Of a stretch of DNA of 64,000 nucleotides, positions 25,307-37,965 are shown in pieces. The stretch's first letter is position 1; each line of letters starts with the position of its first letter. The position numbers and the translations under genes are program-made. The stretch covers positions 124,001 through 188,000 of the forward strand of contig QPGO01000010.1 of assembly GCA_008632985.1 (NCBI GenBank), given 5' to 3'. Origin of the DNA: Psammoneis japonica (Eukaryota). The notes below the pieces were generated by a model that was not told the DNA's origin, searched no databases, and saw only the letters and a list, made by a program, of their open reading frames with translations.

Positions 25307-26533
25307 ATGCAAGTGCGTCAGCGCCGTTCAAAGAAATCAGAGCACAAACCACAGACTGAATCCGTGTCCGTCAGCCCGGATCCTCGAGAAAAGCAAAGAT
25401 ATGTTCCAACTTCTAGACAGAGAAAGTCAATTGGACTGTTGGTTGCGGTGATTTACGTTCCCTTTCTGATTCTCTTTAATCCCAGTACAATTCGGTTATG
25501 GTATTATCGACTCTCAAGAAAGCCGTGTCAGGGCGTTTGTTCGCTGGAAGATTCGCAAGCAGAAGAAGAGAGCTGTACGCCTGCCGATCCCACCAGGCTG
25601 GTGTTTGTGCGAATTCCTAAAACCGCAACAACGACAGTCTTGTCCGTCATGAAACGTGGCTTTGAACGGAAATCTGTCGTCTTGATTGATTTGGGTGAAC
25701 TGGAAGACCTTGTACCGTCAATCGCGTCACCTTCAGCGACCTTTGAAACGATGGGGTATCACGATGTGCTCAAGTACAAGGAACGCGTTGCATGGTTCTA
25801 TGAGCGTGCCTCAAACATGATTGTTAGTCCACCGTATTATGCTCAAGATCGAACGTTGTTTGAAGGACACTTGCATTATTTCAACTTTGTCAAGAACGCA
25901 CCTAGATTGGTAAGGCCGCCCCCTTGGTACTACAGTCGTTTACCAGAATGGATCTTAGAGTGGTATCAAATACAACGTGAACCACAGCCATTGGATGATT
26001 TACAACAAATTTCTTTTGTACGACACCCTCATATTCGACTAAAGTCCATGTATTACTATGATCGCCATGACGCACGGACGAACGTGTGGAGGGACGAGCT
26101 GGTGAAGCAGAGGGGGAATGCTACAATGGAAGAATGCCTGTTGGATCCAGCTTGCATTGAAAAGAATGAGTTATCCAAGTGGTGTTCCATACAGGTAGAG
26201 ATGCTTTGCGGTGTTGGAAAATCGTGTCACCCAGTCACGACAGCATCCCTTGAAATTGCCAAGACCAATCTAAGAGACAACATGTTGCTTGTTGGTGTGG
26301 CGGAACGAATGGACGAATCCCTTCTTTTGTTGCAACATCTCTTACCAACGTATCTAGAGGGGGTATCTCTCGAAGAAATTCCTCAGAAAAAGACGAGCAG
26401 TCATATTTCCCGCCGCGAGTCTTCCTTTTCCACTCAAGCGAAAGCCATCTTGGAAGAGATGTGCTCCATGGATCTTGAGCTTTACAACTATGCCAACGAA
26501 ATCCTAACAGAGCGTCTACAGACTTGTCGATGA
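25307..26533 (+). CDS. Sulfotransferase family 2 protein (heparan sulfate 2-O-sulfotransferase-like)
   Basis: N-terminal TM, 5'-PSB motif FVRIPKTATTT, 3'-PB motif FVRHPHIRLKSMYYY, and LVGVAERMDESL. Confidence 0.85.
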   Translation: MQVRQRRSKKSEHKPQTESVSVSPDPREKQRYVPTSRQRKSIGLLVAVIYVPFLILFNPSTIRLWYYRLSRKPCQGVCSLEDSQAEEESCTPADPTRLVFVRIPKTATTTVLSVMKRGFERKSVVLIDLGELEDLVPSIASPSATFETMGYHDVLKYKERVAWFYERASNMIVSPPYYAQDRTLFEGHLHYFNFVKNAPRLVRPPPWYYSRLPEWILEWYQIQREPQPLDDLQQISFVRHPHIRLKSMYYYDRHDARTNVWRDELVKQRGNATMEECLLDPACIEKNELSKWCSIQVEMLCGVGKSCHPVTTASLEIAKTNLRDNMLLVGVAERMDESLLLLQHLLPTYLEGVSLEEIPQKKTSSHISRRESSFSTQAKAILEEMCSMDLELYNYANEILTERLQTCR

Positions 26534-26585
26534 ACGAAACTACTATGAGTACGACTGTCCGGTAGAGAGCTTCGGTCGTTATTGA

Positions 26586-29217
26586 TTATTTGCGTGCCCT
26601 TCTCTGATGGCTTTCATGAGATCCTTGTACTTGGAGCTGCATTGCATCAGCTTGTCGTTTCCACTTGTTTCGCAGCACCAGCGGCTTCCATTTCTTCCTG
26701 CCATTGATTAATGATGGCTTTGTCCCCACCCTTAGCAAGCAGTTTTGGATCTCATCCATACATCTGCCTTCCTTAGACATTGCGTCTGATATTTCAGTGA
26801 GAATTGGGTTTGCCTCATTCAGTTGATTAGTGAAACACTCCACCATCTGATGAGCATAGTTGTATCGGTCCATATCTCCTTTTGCTTTCGCATCTGATGC
26901 CTCAGTCATTGCTTTGCTAACTTCTATGGAAAAAACAGAGTAAGGAAATTACGGATTCTGATGCACCCGTAGAGAGAGAAAATCCAAATAGGAGACAAGT
27001 TATTAGACGGTATACAATACAATCAAGCAAGGTGGCTCTCGATACATACCCGAAGCCGCCGCATCCTGGCTTGAGGTCCGCAGGACACCCATTTTCGTCA
27101 AGGCACTCGGAGCAAACCCGCTGGATAAATTCAAAGAAAGGAGCCTCGTCGCCTGGGTTTCGTTGTAGGATATTTGATGTGAATATTTGAAAGAGTAAGT
27201 CCTCGCCCTATTTCGAGTCGGCGTCATTGCTCCAAGTGAGTTCTAGGAACAACGAAAGCCACAAATCAAGCCGGTCGACAGACTCTCTTACCTGTACATC
27301 TACTAGAATCTTGTTTCGAACAATTCCAAGATAGCTTTCTTCGGATAAGTGATCTCCTAACAAGTTGTACAGATTTGTATACCGAGACCGAAGAATCGAA
27401 TCCACGATCTGCCGCCTGTTGGAACGAAACTCCTCCAAATCTGACCCTGTCAAGGCAGAATTCAACTGATTCTCGATATCATCGTCCCTAAGCTGGAGGT
27501 CCACAGCAAAGTCTTCTGCCACAATCTGACACTGTTCGCAAGCATCGAGTACAGCCTGAGCACATGATTCAGATATCAGCGCTGCTGAACCATATCGCTC
27601 ACTGTTTGAAATACACTCTTTGGTCAAGATACCATAGTAACTCCTTGGAATGTTTAGGAACGTGAAGCCTTCGCCTGTAATTTTGCGGTAGTCGTTGCCT
27701 CTCTGAACAAATTCAATCAAATTGTCCACCCGAGATGCAATATGCTGAACGCCTTGTCCGATTTCTTTCAAAAATCCGTAAACGTGGCTGATTTGGAAGT
27801 AGTACGTTGGAGGAAAACGTTAGTTCCGAAATGTCGCTACATCTTTCTTGGCAGATGACGTGAAACATAATAATACTGAAACTCACCCGACTTCGGAAAG
27901 AGCATTATTAATTGGCAGATATACTTGTCGCTGGTCTCTTAATACATTTTCCTTACTGCTAGCCGATAAGGAGGACGCGTCATTACCGGTAACAGTACTT
28001 TCGATTTGAGCCTCTCCCGCAGCTACGACTCCGGCGTTGAAATCAACCTAAGTGATACGGCAAAGAGCAGCAGTAAGAAACGAGACGGATCCAAACTATT
28101 CATAGCAACACGCCAGTATAGAGTCCCAAAGTACACACCTTTGGTGTAAAACCCAGTGTGTCTTCCAACGTGCTAAGGAATGAAGTTCTGCTGACGACTT
28201 TGTGTTTGCAGACGAGTCGTCAACTCGTTAGGCAAGACGTGAGAAAACAACTTTCAATTTTGATGTAAGACATACCATTGGAGACCCAGTGATCGCAATA
28301 GGCTGCACGACATGTTTCATCGAAGGAAGCATCGACCGGCATCAACCCTGGGACAATACAAAAGCCATCTTGCCGCTTCACGATTGACTCTATAAACCTC
28401 AGCACTGTACCATTGTCCACACCAGAGTCAGGCGTATCTCCGCGATAGAAGGCAAAAACTTCCAACACCTTGGCCTCGCCATAGTCGTGCATTCCAATAA
28501 CAAGACTTGGATGCTTTTCCATATATCTTGCGTACAAATCAACGACGGACGAAACTTCAAATCCAAGAACCGCAATGCCCTGTCGAGAATCATGCGCGAC
28601 ATGAATCGATCTAGATTCGAGGCATCAAAGTGATGATATGGGTCCTGTTTGTGATTGCTGTTTTTGTCTAGCGCACTGACAATCATTTGCACTCCCGACG
28701 GGTCCTTGGATGTCACCAGGACCGATTTTGTGTTTGTCGTTGTTGCATCCGAAGCGACTCGCTTCCCCGTGACACGAAAGCCCAACCCAGACAACAGTTG
28801 TTTCACAACATCGCGATTCTGTGGAACGAACTCTTCATCTGGAATGATTGAGACATCATTTGTTGATTCATACACTTCGCGGTATGAATCAATGTTCTCG
28901 CCCAGAGCCAATGAGTCCTCTCCTCTTTGTTGCCTTTTCAGTGCAAATTGATTGAGTTTGTCTTCCAAGCTCTTGTATACAGATACGTCTTCTAAATCGT
29001 CCACGTAGAGATGGATATGTGAAAAAGAAACGTCAACTGTTTTTGCCGTTTTGGAAAGCAATGGATCCGATTGGAGCCCCGGTGGCCTTGGTGTTGCCAC
29101 GGACGACAACGCCGAAGAATATCGACAGTAACAGATGAGAATCATCATGGAAGTGACTGCAATTCTCCACCGCCATGGAATCTGTCGTGTGACGTTTACT
29201 TGCCCGTCGTCAATCAT
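26586..29217 (-). CDS. HPPD: 4-hydroxyphenylpyruvate dioxygenase-like protein, multi-exon
   Basis: Exons give FSHIHLYV, DHWVSN, YLPINN, GQGVQHIA, FLNIPRSYY, ILVD, LLFQIFT, FFEFIQR and GCGGFG..NF. GT-AG introns. Apparent 1-nt deletions near 28595 and 26930. Confidence 0.85.
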
Positions 29218-29640
29218 CGATTCTGTTTCAAGGTATATAGCAGATTTAGAACTTTAAGAGTTGTCCGAGTGTGTTAAAATGGTGTCCACGCAACGATAGC
29301 CCCCGCCATTTTGTCGATGCTCGATGAATCATGAATCATCGCATTCTCGCGATATCAAATATCTGGGTGACTGATGGACAGACGACAACGCGCCATACCG
29401 CAGATTTTTGAACACAGCAAAAAAAACTTCGCTACAGTAGCCCTAGGTACAGTACAAGTGCCATTGACAGATCGTCGGCACTGTATTACTCGAGCATGAC
29501 CATATCCATACGGTATCCCATGGCCCATGGGACAAGTACAAATCAAAACACACAACACCAACAACACAACCTCGTGAAAACGGTTGTACATTGAATGATT
29601 GAATGACCTGCGTTGCGGTCGTTGAGCTCCTCGTCAAAGC

Positions 29641-29917
29641 TCAACGCATTCTTCCTCTGGGCATGTTGGGAAAAATCAACGGATCAAACGCTTCTACCGT
29701 AAATGTTCATTGATTGATATTTGTATGTTCACTTTCTCATCGTGGCCCAGCAATTCGCAATTGTGGCCCAGCAATTCGCAATTTTGGCCCACTCTCAACG
29801 CATTCTTCTTAATTGTTGGGCAACAATTCAACGCATCCAACGCTTTTGCTGTAACTATACTCATTGATTGATGTTTGTATGTTCATTTTCTCATTGCGGC
29901 CCAGCAATTTCGAAATT
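29641..29917 (+). repeat. Short tandem duplication (about 150 bp) with an internal 21-bp repeat
   Basis: tcaacgcattcttc...cattgattgat.tttgtatgttca.tttctcat.g.ggcccagcaatt twice; gtggcccagcaattcgcaatt twice. Confidence 0.75.
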
Positions 29918-29974
29918 CTCAATCGCGGCCCAGTCTCTGCTCTCAGAGCTCTTGTTCCTGTGAACTCCGGACCG

Positions 29975-30695
29975 CTTGGAAGTTGGGTAAGGTTAGCAGT
30001 ACAGCGACGGCAGTAGACGCATTGCCCAACGACAGAAAAATAGAATTGGAAAAAAGCGGCTTCGTTTGGGATGTTTTCGAAAATCTGTGGGAGAAACAGT
30101 ATGAGAATCTGTTGCTACACATTGTAGTTCATGGAGACAGTAAGTATTGCGACTTGTTGTGCTTCGATTCGTTTCTTCTCTTGTCACAATGATCTAAGTA
30201 TCTTTTCATTTTTCTGCGCTTTGCTGGCAGCGTTAGTTCCTAGTGTGGATGAGACGGGTCTTGGGCCATGGGTGTTACGACAGAGGCAGGAGAAGGACAC
30301 TATGCCTTCTGAGAGACGTCAAAAGCTAGACGACGTTGGATTTGTTTGGGATGTTTCCGACTACCTTTGGAATGAAAAATTCCAACAGCTGTGCCAGCAC
30401 CGCGAGACTCATGGAGACAGTAAGTGTCGCCATTTGTTATACTTTGGCTATTCTGATTTAGTTGTCTAATCAATATCTACTCTATGCATTTCGTTTCTCT
30501 GGTATTGTAGCGTTGGTTTTTCCAGGACGGTTCTTGGGTCATGGGTAAATACACAGAGGCAAAACAAGGACGGCATGTCAGCGGAACGACGTCAAAAGCT
30601 AGAGGACATCGGGTTTGTTTGGGATGTTCTTGACTACTCTTGGAACGAGAACTACCAACGGCTGTGCCAGTACCGCTAGGCTCATGGATACAGTG
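29975..30695 (+). pseudogene. Helicase-associated (HA) domain repeat protein remnant, three exon-repeats
   Basis: Three LG.WV..QR......R..KL...GFVWD....W......L.......HG units separated by introns. In-frame TAG near 30677. Confidence 0.75.
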
Positions 30696-30846
30696 AGTAC
30701 GCCATTACATGAGGGCTTGGATTCGAGAGGAAGGCGTAGAAACCTACAGTATGTGAGTTTTGTACTCTAGCGAAGACCAAATTTGCTTTTTTGAGCCCGG
30801 GCGGTGCACAGGACAGTACAGTAGGTGCACGATTATTCTGGCCACC

Positions 30847-33800
30847 ATGGTGACCATGGCGTCGTCGCTGCAGCCGCATGCTGCTGCTGTTGAGAATGAC
30901 TGGGACAGTAACAAAGACGCGACACACACGGCTGTGTTGAAAGCTACGGGGATGATGTGCCAAAAGAGCTGCGGTGCGTTCTGAATAGTTTCCTTTGAAT
31001 ATGCAGTGACAACATGCTTCTCACTTGCGCGTTTTGACGACGTGTGTGTTTGTGTGGTTGCAAAACCTGCTCTATTTTTTTACAGGCGCCATGGTGGAGA
31101 ATGCTTCAAGAGTTCTTCCAGGAGTTCATATCCGCGAGCGCTTCCTTTGAGCCGAGCCGAGCTATCCTCGCGGCGGAGTTAAATGCCTAGTCCCAACAAG
31201 ACCCTATGCGCCGCATGGAAGAACAAGCGGTGGATGCCGTAGAGTGTGTTGGCTTTGATGCCGAGGTTATTCATCAAAAAAATCCCGTGAGCAGTACTGT
31301 TCATCTCGTAATTACGGGCATGATGTGTCAGAAAAACTGTGGTGAGTACAGAATTCTTTAGGGATGAACAATATTGAAGAAGCAAGACCTTTAATTGTTT
31401 GATTCATCTTTTGCCGTGTAGGAACGACTGTGGAGAACGTACTCAAAGCCTTACCTGGTGTCGGATTTTTACAAGCGTCGTTTGAAAACAGTCTCGCCAC
31501 TGTCACTGTGGATCTTACGCGCTTGTCAAGACAGCAAGCTAGACTCATTAGAAGCACTCCACCGCAAGCTTGTCGAAGAAGCAATAGACGCCGTCGAGTG
31601 CGTGGGTTTTGATGCACGACTCTTGCAGTCCGACCAAGAATTGCTGATGCATCGCCACCGCTAATACAATCTAATAGAAATCGAACAGAATCGTTATCGA
31701 GTGATTTGGATGAGCCGCTTTTGGACGACGCGAACGGCCAACACGATTCGAACAAACCTGGAGCATCCCTTCAAGCGGGAGGGATGAGTTGTGCGGTTTG
31801 TACGGGACGAGTAGAGCAGGCGCTGCATTCTGTCGATGGTGTCGAACGCGCCACAGTTACACTAGCCATGAACCGAGCAAGAGTCGTATTCAACAGTAAC
31901 CAAAACGTTCACGATGTAGCTCGAGAGTGTGTCGAGGCTGTGCAAAAGGGAGGCTACGACTGCGATGTGATTCAAGTCGCGGACCCCAACTCCAGCGCTG
32001 TAGCACAAGTAGTATCCTTGGCTGAGAATGCTGCCAAAATGAAACAAGCGCGTAAGCAAGAGTCGCAGTCCTGGAAACGACTATGGTTGGCGGCCGTTGT
32101 TATGATCGTGCCAATCATGATTATTCACTATTCACAAATGAAGGACGATGACGACATGTCGTCGGCTTGTCCAACTCATAAAGATACCAATAAACTCGCC
32201 TGTACAGTTTGGAGTTGGACGGAGATACTACCAAGCTTCCTTCAAGGCTTGGCCCGGCAATGGGGATGGACGCCTTGGTTGCGATGGGAACGACTGCGTC
32301 CTACATGCATTCTCTTGCTGTATACTGTATCCTGCTCTTCTCCAGCAATGCTACGAAGCTCAAGCCGACGTTTGAGACTGGCGCCATGCTTATCATGTTT
32401 GTCACCTTTGGCAAGTTTCTGGAACCGTACGCCAAAGGGAAGACTGCCTCGGCGTTACAAACACTCATGGAACTACAACCTGCACTTGCCTTGCGAGTCG
32501 TTTCGAAGGATCCCTCCCGATCATACCGGCAGGACGTTGACATATCTTCCATAGAGACAAAAAATGTACAAATAGACCAAGTCGGAGAGTACCTGGTTGT
32601 ACTGCCCGGTGCTCGTATTCCCACGGACAATTTTTTGGTATACGCATCCCATAGTGACGACTCGTATGCCTACATTGACGAATCCTCCATTTCGGGCGAG
32701 CCCTTTCCTGTGGCAAAAGCAGTGGGTGATTCGGTGTTTGGCTCGACTGTGAACCAATTGAGCGTCTTGCTGATTCGAGTCACTGCAACAGGCGGTGGCA
32801 CCGGCACCATGCTTGCGAAGATTGTAAAGCTCGTGGAAGACGCCCAAAGCAGTCGGGCTCCAATTCAAGCTCAAGCGGATGCAATCGCATGCATCTTTGC
32901 TCCGACCGTCCTGGCGTTGGCTACTGTCACTTTCTGTGAGTGGATGATATTTGTTAAGGAAAGCTTGGAGGAACGCTTCTTCGTGGCATTGACTTCAGCT
33001 ATGCTATTAGTGTGATTGTGGTGGCCTGTCCGTGTGCCCTTGGACTCGCAACGCCTACAGCGGTGACGGTGGGAACAGGTATGTCAGAACAATGCTGTGG
33101 GAGATTTCTTTTCTGAAGGACCATGTTTTGTTCACCTACTTCATTGCGCTGCAATCGAAAAAGGCGTCGGAGCGACGAACGGTTTACTAATCAAGGGTGG
33201 AGCGGTTCTGGAAAGTGCTCGATACGATTGTTCTGGATAAGACAGGAACCATCACAAGTAGACGCGCTATCTTGGGTGACCATATTGAATTCATTGACAC
33301 TTCGAGTACAACAGACCCGCTTCTGTATGGGCTGCCGACAAAGATATCCAGAGAACACATCGCTCTCTGGTTGGCTGCATGTGCGGAACGGCAGAGTGAG
33401 CACCCACTTGCAAAGGCTATTCTGAATGCCGCAAGCGCGACATGGGGCGCAGATGTAACTTGCTCCGAGGAAGGAGTATCAGTAACGGATTTTGTCGTGG
33501 TGCCAGGTTCGGGTGTTCATTGTTTGGTTCATCAGGCCACCTGGGGTGTGGTGTGTCAGGGCAGGCAACAAGCACTTTGTCAGTGAGCCGATGTCAGATG
33601 ACGCGGCACTGAGCAGAAATGAATCACGTGGTGATGGAGCATCATGTGTCGGAGACTCGGAAGTAATGGATCTTCGCAGACACGGTCAAGTTGGAGTTTA
33701 CGTGAGTGTTATACGTCGGATGCCAAAGACAATGGAAGATGACGTGCGTCGACGTGTTGTGGGGGTGTTGGGAATCGTTGACCCAATCGTCCCGGAGGCT

Positions 33801-34589
33801 CGGTCGACTATTGCGGCTCTTCGCAGAATGGGTTTGGATGTCTGGATGTGTACTGGCGATCACGGAGTCACCGCAGCTAGCGTCGCCAGAAAGGTCGGAA
33901 TTGACATCGAAAATGTTTGTCCGAACGTGAAACCCGAGGGTAAGGCTGATCTGGTCACTCGACTGCAGAAGAAGCAGCGAGGTACGTCGCTACGACGGAG
34001 TATTGCGAGACGGCGAGAAGCACGAGAAGAGCATCAACTCGGTCGAGTAGCGGTGGTGGGAGATGGCATAGTGATGCAGTTGCACTTTCTCGCGCCGACG
34101 TTGGAGTAGCGATTGGTGCAAGGACCCAAGTCGCGGTCGAAGCAGCAGCGTGGTATTGCTTCGTTCTTCACTCCATGACGTCGTGGTGGCGTTGCATCTT
34201 TCTCGAGTCGTGTTCCATCGAATCCGAATAAACTTTGTTTGAGCTATGGGTTGCAATCTTTGTGCATTGCCATTGGCTGCCGGGGCTTTGTATCCAATGA
34301 CCAGCTGGCGATTGCCGCCGGAATTTGCGGGCTTGATGATGGCTTTCAGTTCAGTAAGTGTCGTGAGTAGCAGTCTGTCCCTAAGAACCTAGGGCCCTAT
34401 TCAAAACCGCGAATCGAGGAGGATGGCAAACTGAAAACCGGCGGTATTATTGAGCGTTTGTGTCATCTTCGCTCAAAGTTGCTTGCTACATCAAGTCATT
34501 TCATCACCTCGAGTCATTCAGGCGTCCAGTATGGAAATTTGAACGCTTCGTGTGTCAGTAGTGCCGACTCCCACCTCGAGCTAGTGTAG
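30847..34589 (+). pseudogene. Heavy-metal (Cu-type, P1B) P-type ATPase, disrupted
   Basis: Three HMA domains (GMMCQKSC, GMMCQKNC, GMSCAVC), then [45 protein letters not shown] and MAFSSVSV. Many frameshifts and an in-frame TGA near 34240. Confidence 0.85.
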
Positions 34590-36353
34590 AGAGGGGTTGA
34601 CGAGCGGGACAACGGGCAGTTGGCATGTCACCGTCTCAAGCAGGTATGCTGCTATTTTCCTGATACGCCGCTTTACCAATCCTCTCACCGACTAGATCAT
34701 CGCTATTATGTGATTGTCCGGAGACGGAGCCACCCAACATTGTATCTTCATAATTAGGCCCTAGTTTGTATGAGTTCGACTGGATCCTTTGGCTACGATG
34801 GGAAGAAATCTACTCTAGTTCGACAAAAAAACATTCCATTTGGGAACGCTCTTCTTTCTGCGATCTCGGCGAAAACAGAGTTCGCGACATCTTCAAGCCG
34901 GTTGGTGAAAAAAGATTTTCCCAATCGCCGTCGTGGGATGTCACGGACAACCAACGAAATCTCCTGGCAACGACAAACTACTCTGTTCGTCGCCAGGCCT
35001 GGCAACACATGCCCCATCACCATCAACAGAGAATGGCGTCACACCACTACCCGGGGACGTGAAGGTTTATTGGCTCCTGTGACCTCTAATCTCTACAGCA
35101 CTTCAAACTGCACTGTTTTTTCCAAATTATGAGCCCCCCCATCAGGGCTCTTTTCTAACTATCCCCGACTTGCTCTCCTCGGGATTACAATATCCTCTTG
35201 GGATCAACCCTCGCGTAAGATTCGCCCTCCGCGGGACTCGCCACGTCAGAGGTCTTGAATCGCATTCCCCTCCACACTGCTCCACACAAGGCAGGGCCCT
35301 AGCCGGTCATAGTGCCGCCGAATATAATTGCATTCAAATAAAAAAAAGTAGCAAACGACGAAAAAAGATGAGAAGAATGACGTCCACAAAGCATTATGCA
35401 GAAGCCTATCGCATGTACAGTCAATGCCTCCCTACAAAATGGGTTGTTCAAAGTAAACGCGGAGTTTGGAGGGAAGGCACAGGATACTACAAGGATGATG
35501 TGCAGTGAACATCACAAGAATATCCATCCCGACTTTGTCGTTGCTTCTGAGCGTCCACTAAGATGCGTTCTTCTCATCTCGGTTTGGCTTGGCAGTATCC
35601 TTCCCAACTAGAGCACCAAGCCAACAACACATCCATTGCTGCCATTGAGCTACTTCAAGAGTCTCGTACATTCCCGTGGACATGAAGTCAACCTCCGGTA
35701 TCATGATGCAAGGCCCTGACAGCTGTTCTCCAGCCGCCCTCGCTGCTCGGGAGTAGTCCAAGACTGACTCGATCAAAACTTGTCGACCACCTCATGCTGT
35801 CGAGCGATATGTCGACAATACCCTACGCGAAGCCAGCACAAACAAAAGCGCTGTTCGCCATGAGCCATGACGCCCGAAACGCAAGAACAATGGTTGTGGG
35901 TTGTGCGATGTGGATAGGTTGTGGATCATTTCGTTGCTACTTTTGCTCCGATTGTAGTCGGAGAGGGAAGCCCTAGCGGGTCACAACTTTGGAGGGCTGA
36001 TGCTGCACCCGCAGTTCATTCCAGAAGCCCCGAGGACAACAAAAGTTCGGACCACTGGTCAAGGTGGTCGCTTTTTGTGCCTGGATCACACTCGAGTATT
36101 TCGCTCTTTCAGTCGACGAACCTCGGAGTTCTCCTCCAGTTTGAAGATCCCCGTTGGGTAGAAAAAAGACCGTCTCATTCGCGAGTGAGTCAGTCGTGAT
36201 GAAACCGCGAACTGTGGCAAAGAAATGAGATAGTTTGTGTAACCTAAAAACGCAATGAAGGCGCAAGCAACCGCGAACCGAGGACCGGGTTAGCATCAAC
36301 GTTTCAACGCTGCAAACTCCCATTCAACCGGGCGGAGAAACGACGAATCAGCA

Positions 36354-37286
36354 GTGGGAAAATATGATTCTGGACTTGTTTCATTCCCGAAAGAGCTCTT
36401 TCGATCGATTGCAAGCTTTTTGAATATCCAAGACACTTTCAATTTGGGTCAAACGTGCAAAGATTTGTACCGTAGTGTTGATAACCTTGCTGACCAGAAA
36501 TCTGGAAAGCTTGGTTGGGGTTGCGAGTACTGCAAGGCGGAGACACTCTTTTGCACCATTGGCGTTGAAGAACGGCCATGGTGCAATCACGAGCACTGCA
36601 AGAAGCTCTGTGTTGCTTGCTCGCGAGGAGGAATTGCGAAAAATATCACTACGATCCCGATATTGAGGACTTTGGTTGCGGATTAGGGGCGTCGTGCCCT
36701 GTAGTTCTTCTGCATGCGGCCTGGTGGAACGTCGGTGACGGATCAGAACCTTTGCTGGCTGAGACTCGAAGCTGGATGAAGGACTACAAGCTCTCTTTGA
36801 CCGTTTCAAGCCACCTCCAGGACCACGCGTACCGGACTCTGTATGGCAGAATGAAGCTGAAGAACATCAGATCTAGACCAAGAAACACAAGACGCGATCC
36901 TCAGAATCTTTTCTAGACATATGGTACATCCCAAGATGATGTGACGGAAGAGACTCGGCAAAAATTGCTTTCAGCGGGAGAGTACCTCCTCAACTCTAAC
37001 TTCAGTGGAAGTAGAACGGCACTTGGTTGAGTTTCCGGGTGGTTTCCTCGTACCGGCCACAATAGCCGAAAAGTTGGCAGTTCTCACTTGTGTGTGTTAC
37101 CAATTTATGACCCGCTTTGAACATTTATTCCAGGCAATTGAAATGGCTGGAAAACTAGTCATTCGTTACTCGAAGGATACAATTTCGGCTGCAACGAAAG
37201 ACCATGTCGAATTTGATGAGACGTCGAGCAGAGTGGCCATTGTACTCCGTTTACTTGAACACGCTTTTGGTCATCACACCATTTGA
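36354..37286 (+). pseudogene. F-box-like protein fragments, frameshifted
   Basis: FPKELFRSIASFLNIQDTFNLGQTCKDL matches the F-box pattern. A Cys-rich segment follows. Pieces lie in different frames. Confidence 0.45.
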
Positions 37287-37965
37287 CGGGTGGATGGGAT
37301 TTCGCCTGTGTCCACCAACATTGACAAGGGGAAAGATTATTCATCAAGTTCTTTTGTTCCTGAGGAGCACGTAGATCTTTTGAGCTGTGTTTGCCAGAGC
37401 GGTTGACTGCGTGTATCTACTTGGACGTAGACTTGATCCTCCCGGCTGTCCTCCCGGCTTAAACTCCATACCCAAGTAGAAGGTGGGAATAAAATGCTGC
37501 TCTCGAGACTTGTTATCTTACCGTCAGGATTTAGACCAAAGGCTTTTCTTCTTTGTTCCCTCCTTGCACTCGGCTGCAGCTCCTGACGTTCGACGCAGAC
37601 ATGTGCCCATGAAAAAAAGAGTCGCTCCATGATATCCACAAGAAGAATAGAGAAGTCAACATCGTCGCCTTTCTGCCACTAGCACTGGGCGGTTGGCATA
37701 TTTTCTATATCAACCCAAATTGCAATTCACTTCCTGCCCATCAGCTGCACTTCCAGCTTCCAGGGGCATGCCGTTGGCAAGATCGAGATGTGTGCAACTG
37801 CTTCTATGCTACAAGTAAAAGCGCTGCTGTGCCAGTTAGCGCGGGAAGTGAAAACTGCGATAACAACGTGCGCGGTCGACTATTGACTATCTACTGGGAC
37901 GTAAACTTGGTCCTCCTCCTCTTAGCATAAAAGCTTTATAGAAATGGGGAGCGAAAGATTGGTCT

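Noticed and set aside
23842..28620. Programmed frameshifting in the sulfotransferase and HPPD genes
   Set aside because: Isolated 1-nt deletions, some in homopolymers (near 26930), in otherwise well-conserved genes are more simply assembly or polishing errors. Read-level checking is needed.
34600..36300. Short ORFs between the ATPase and the F-box remnant
   Set aside because: No recognisable motif or coherent gene structure that I can support.
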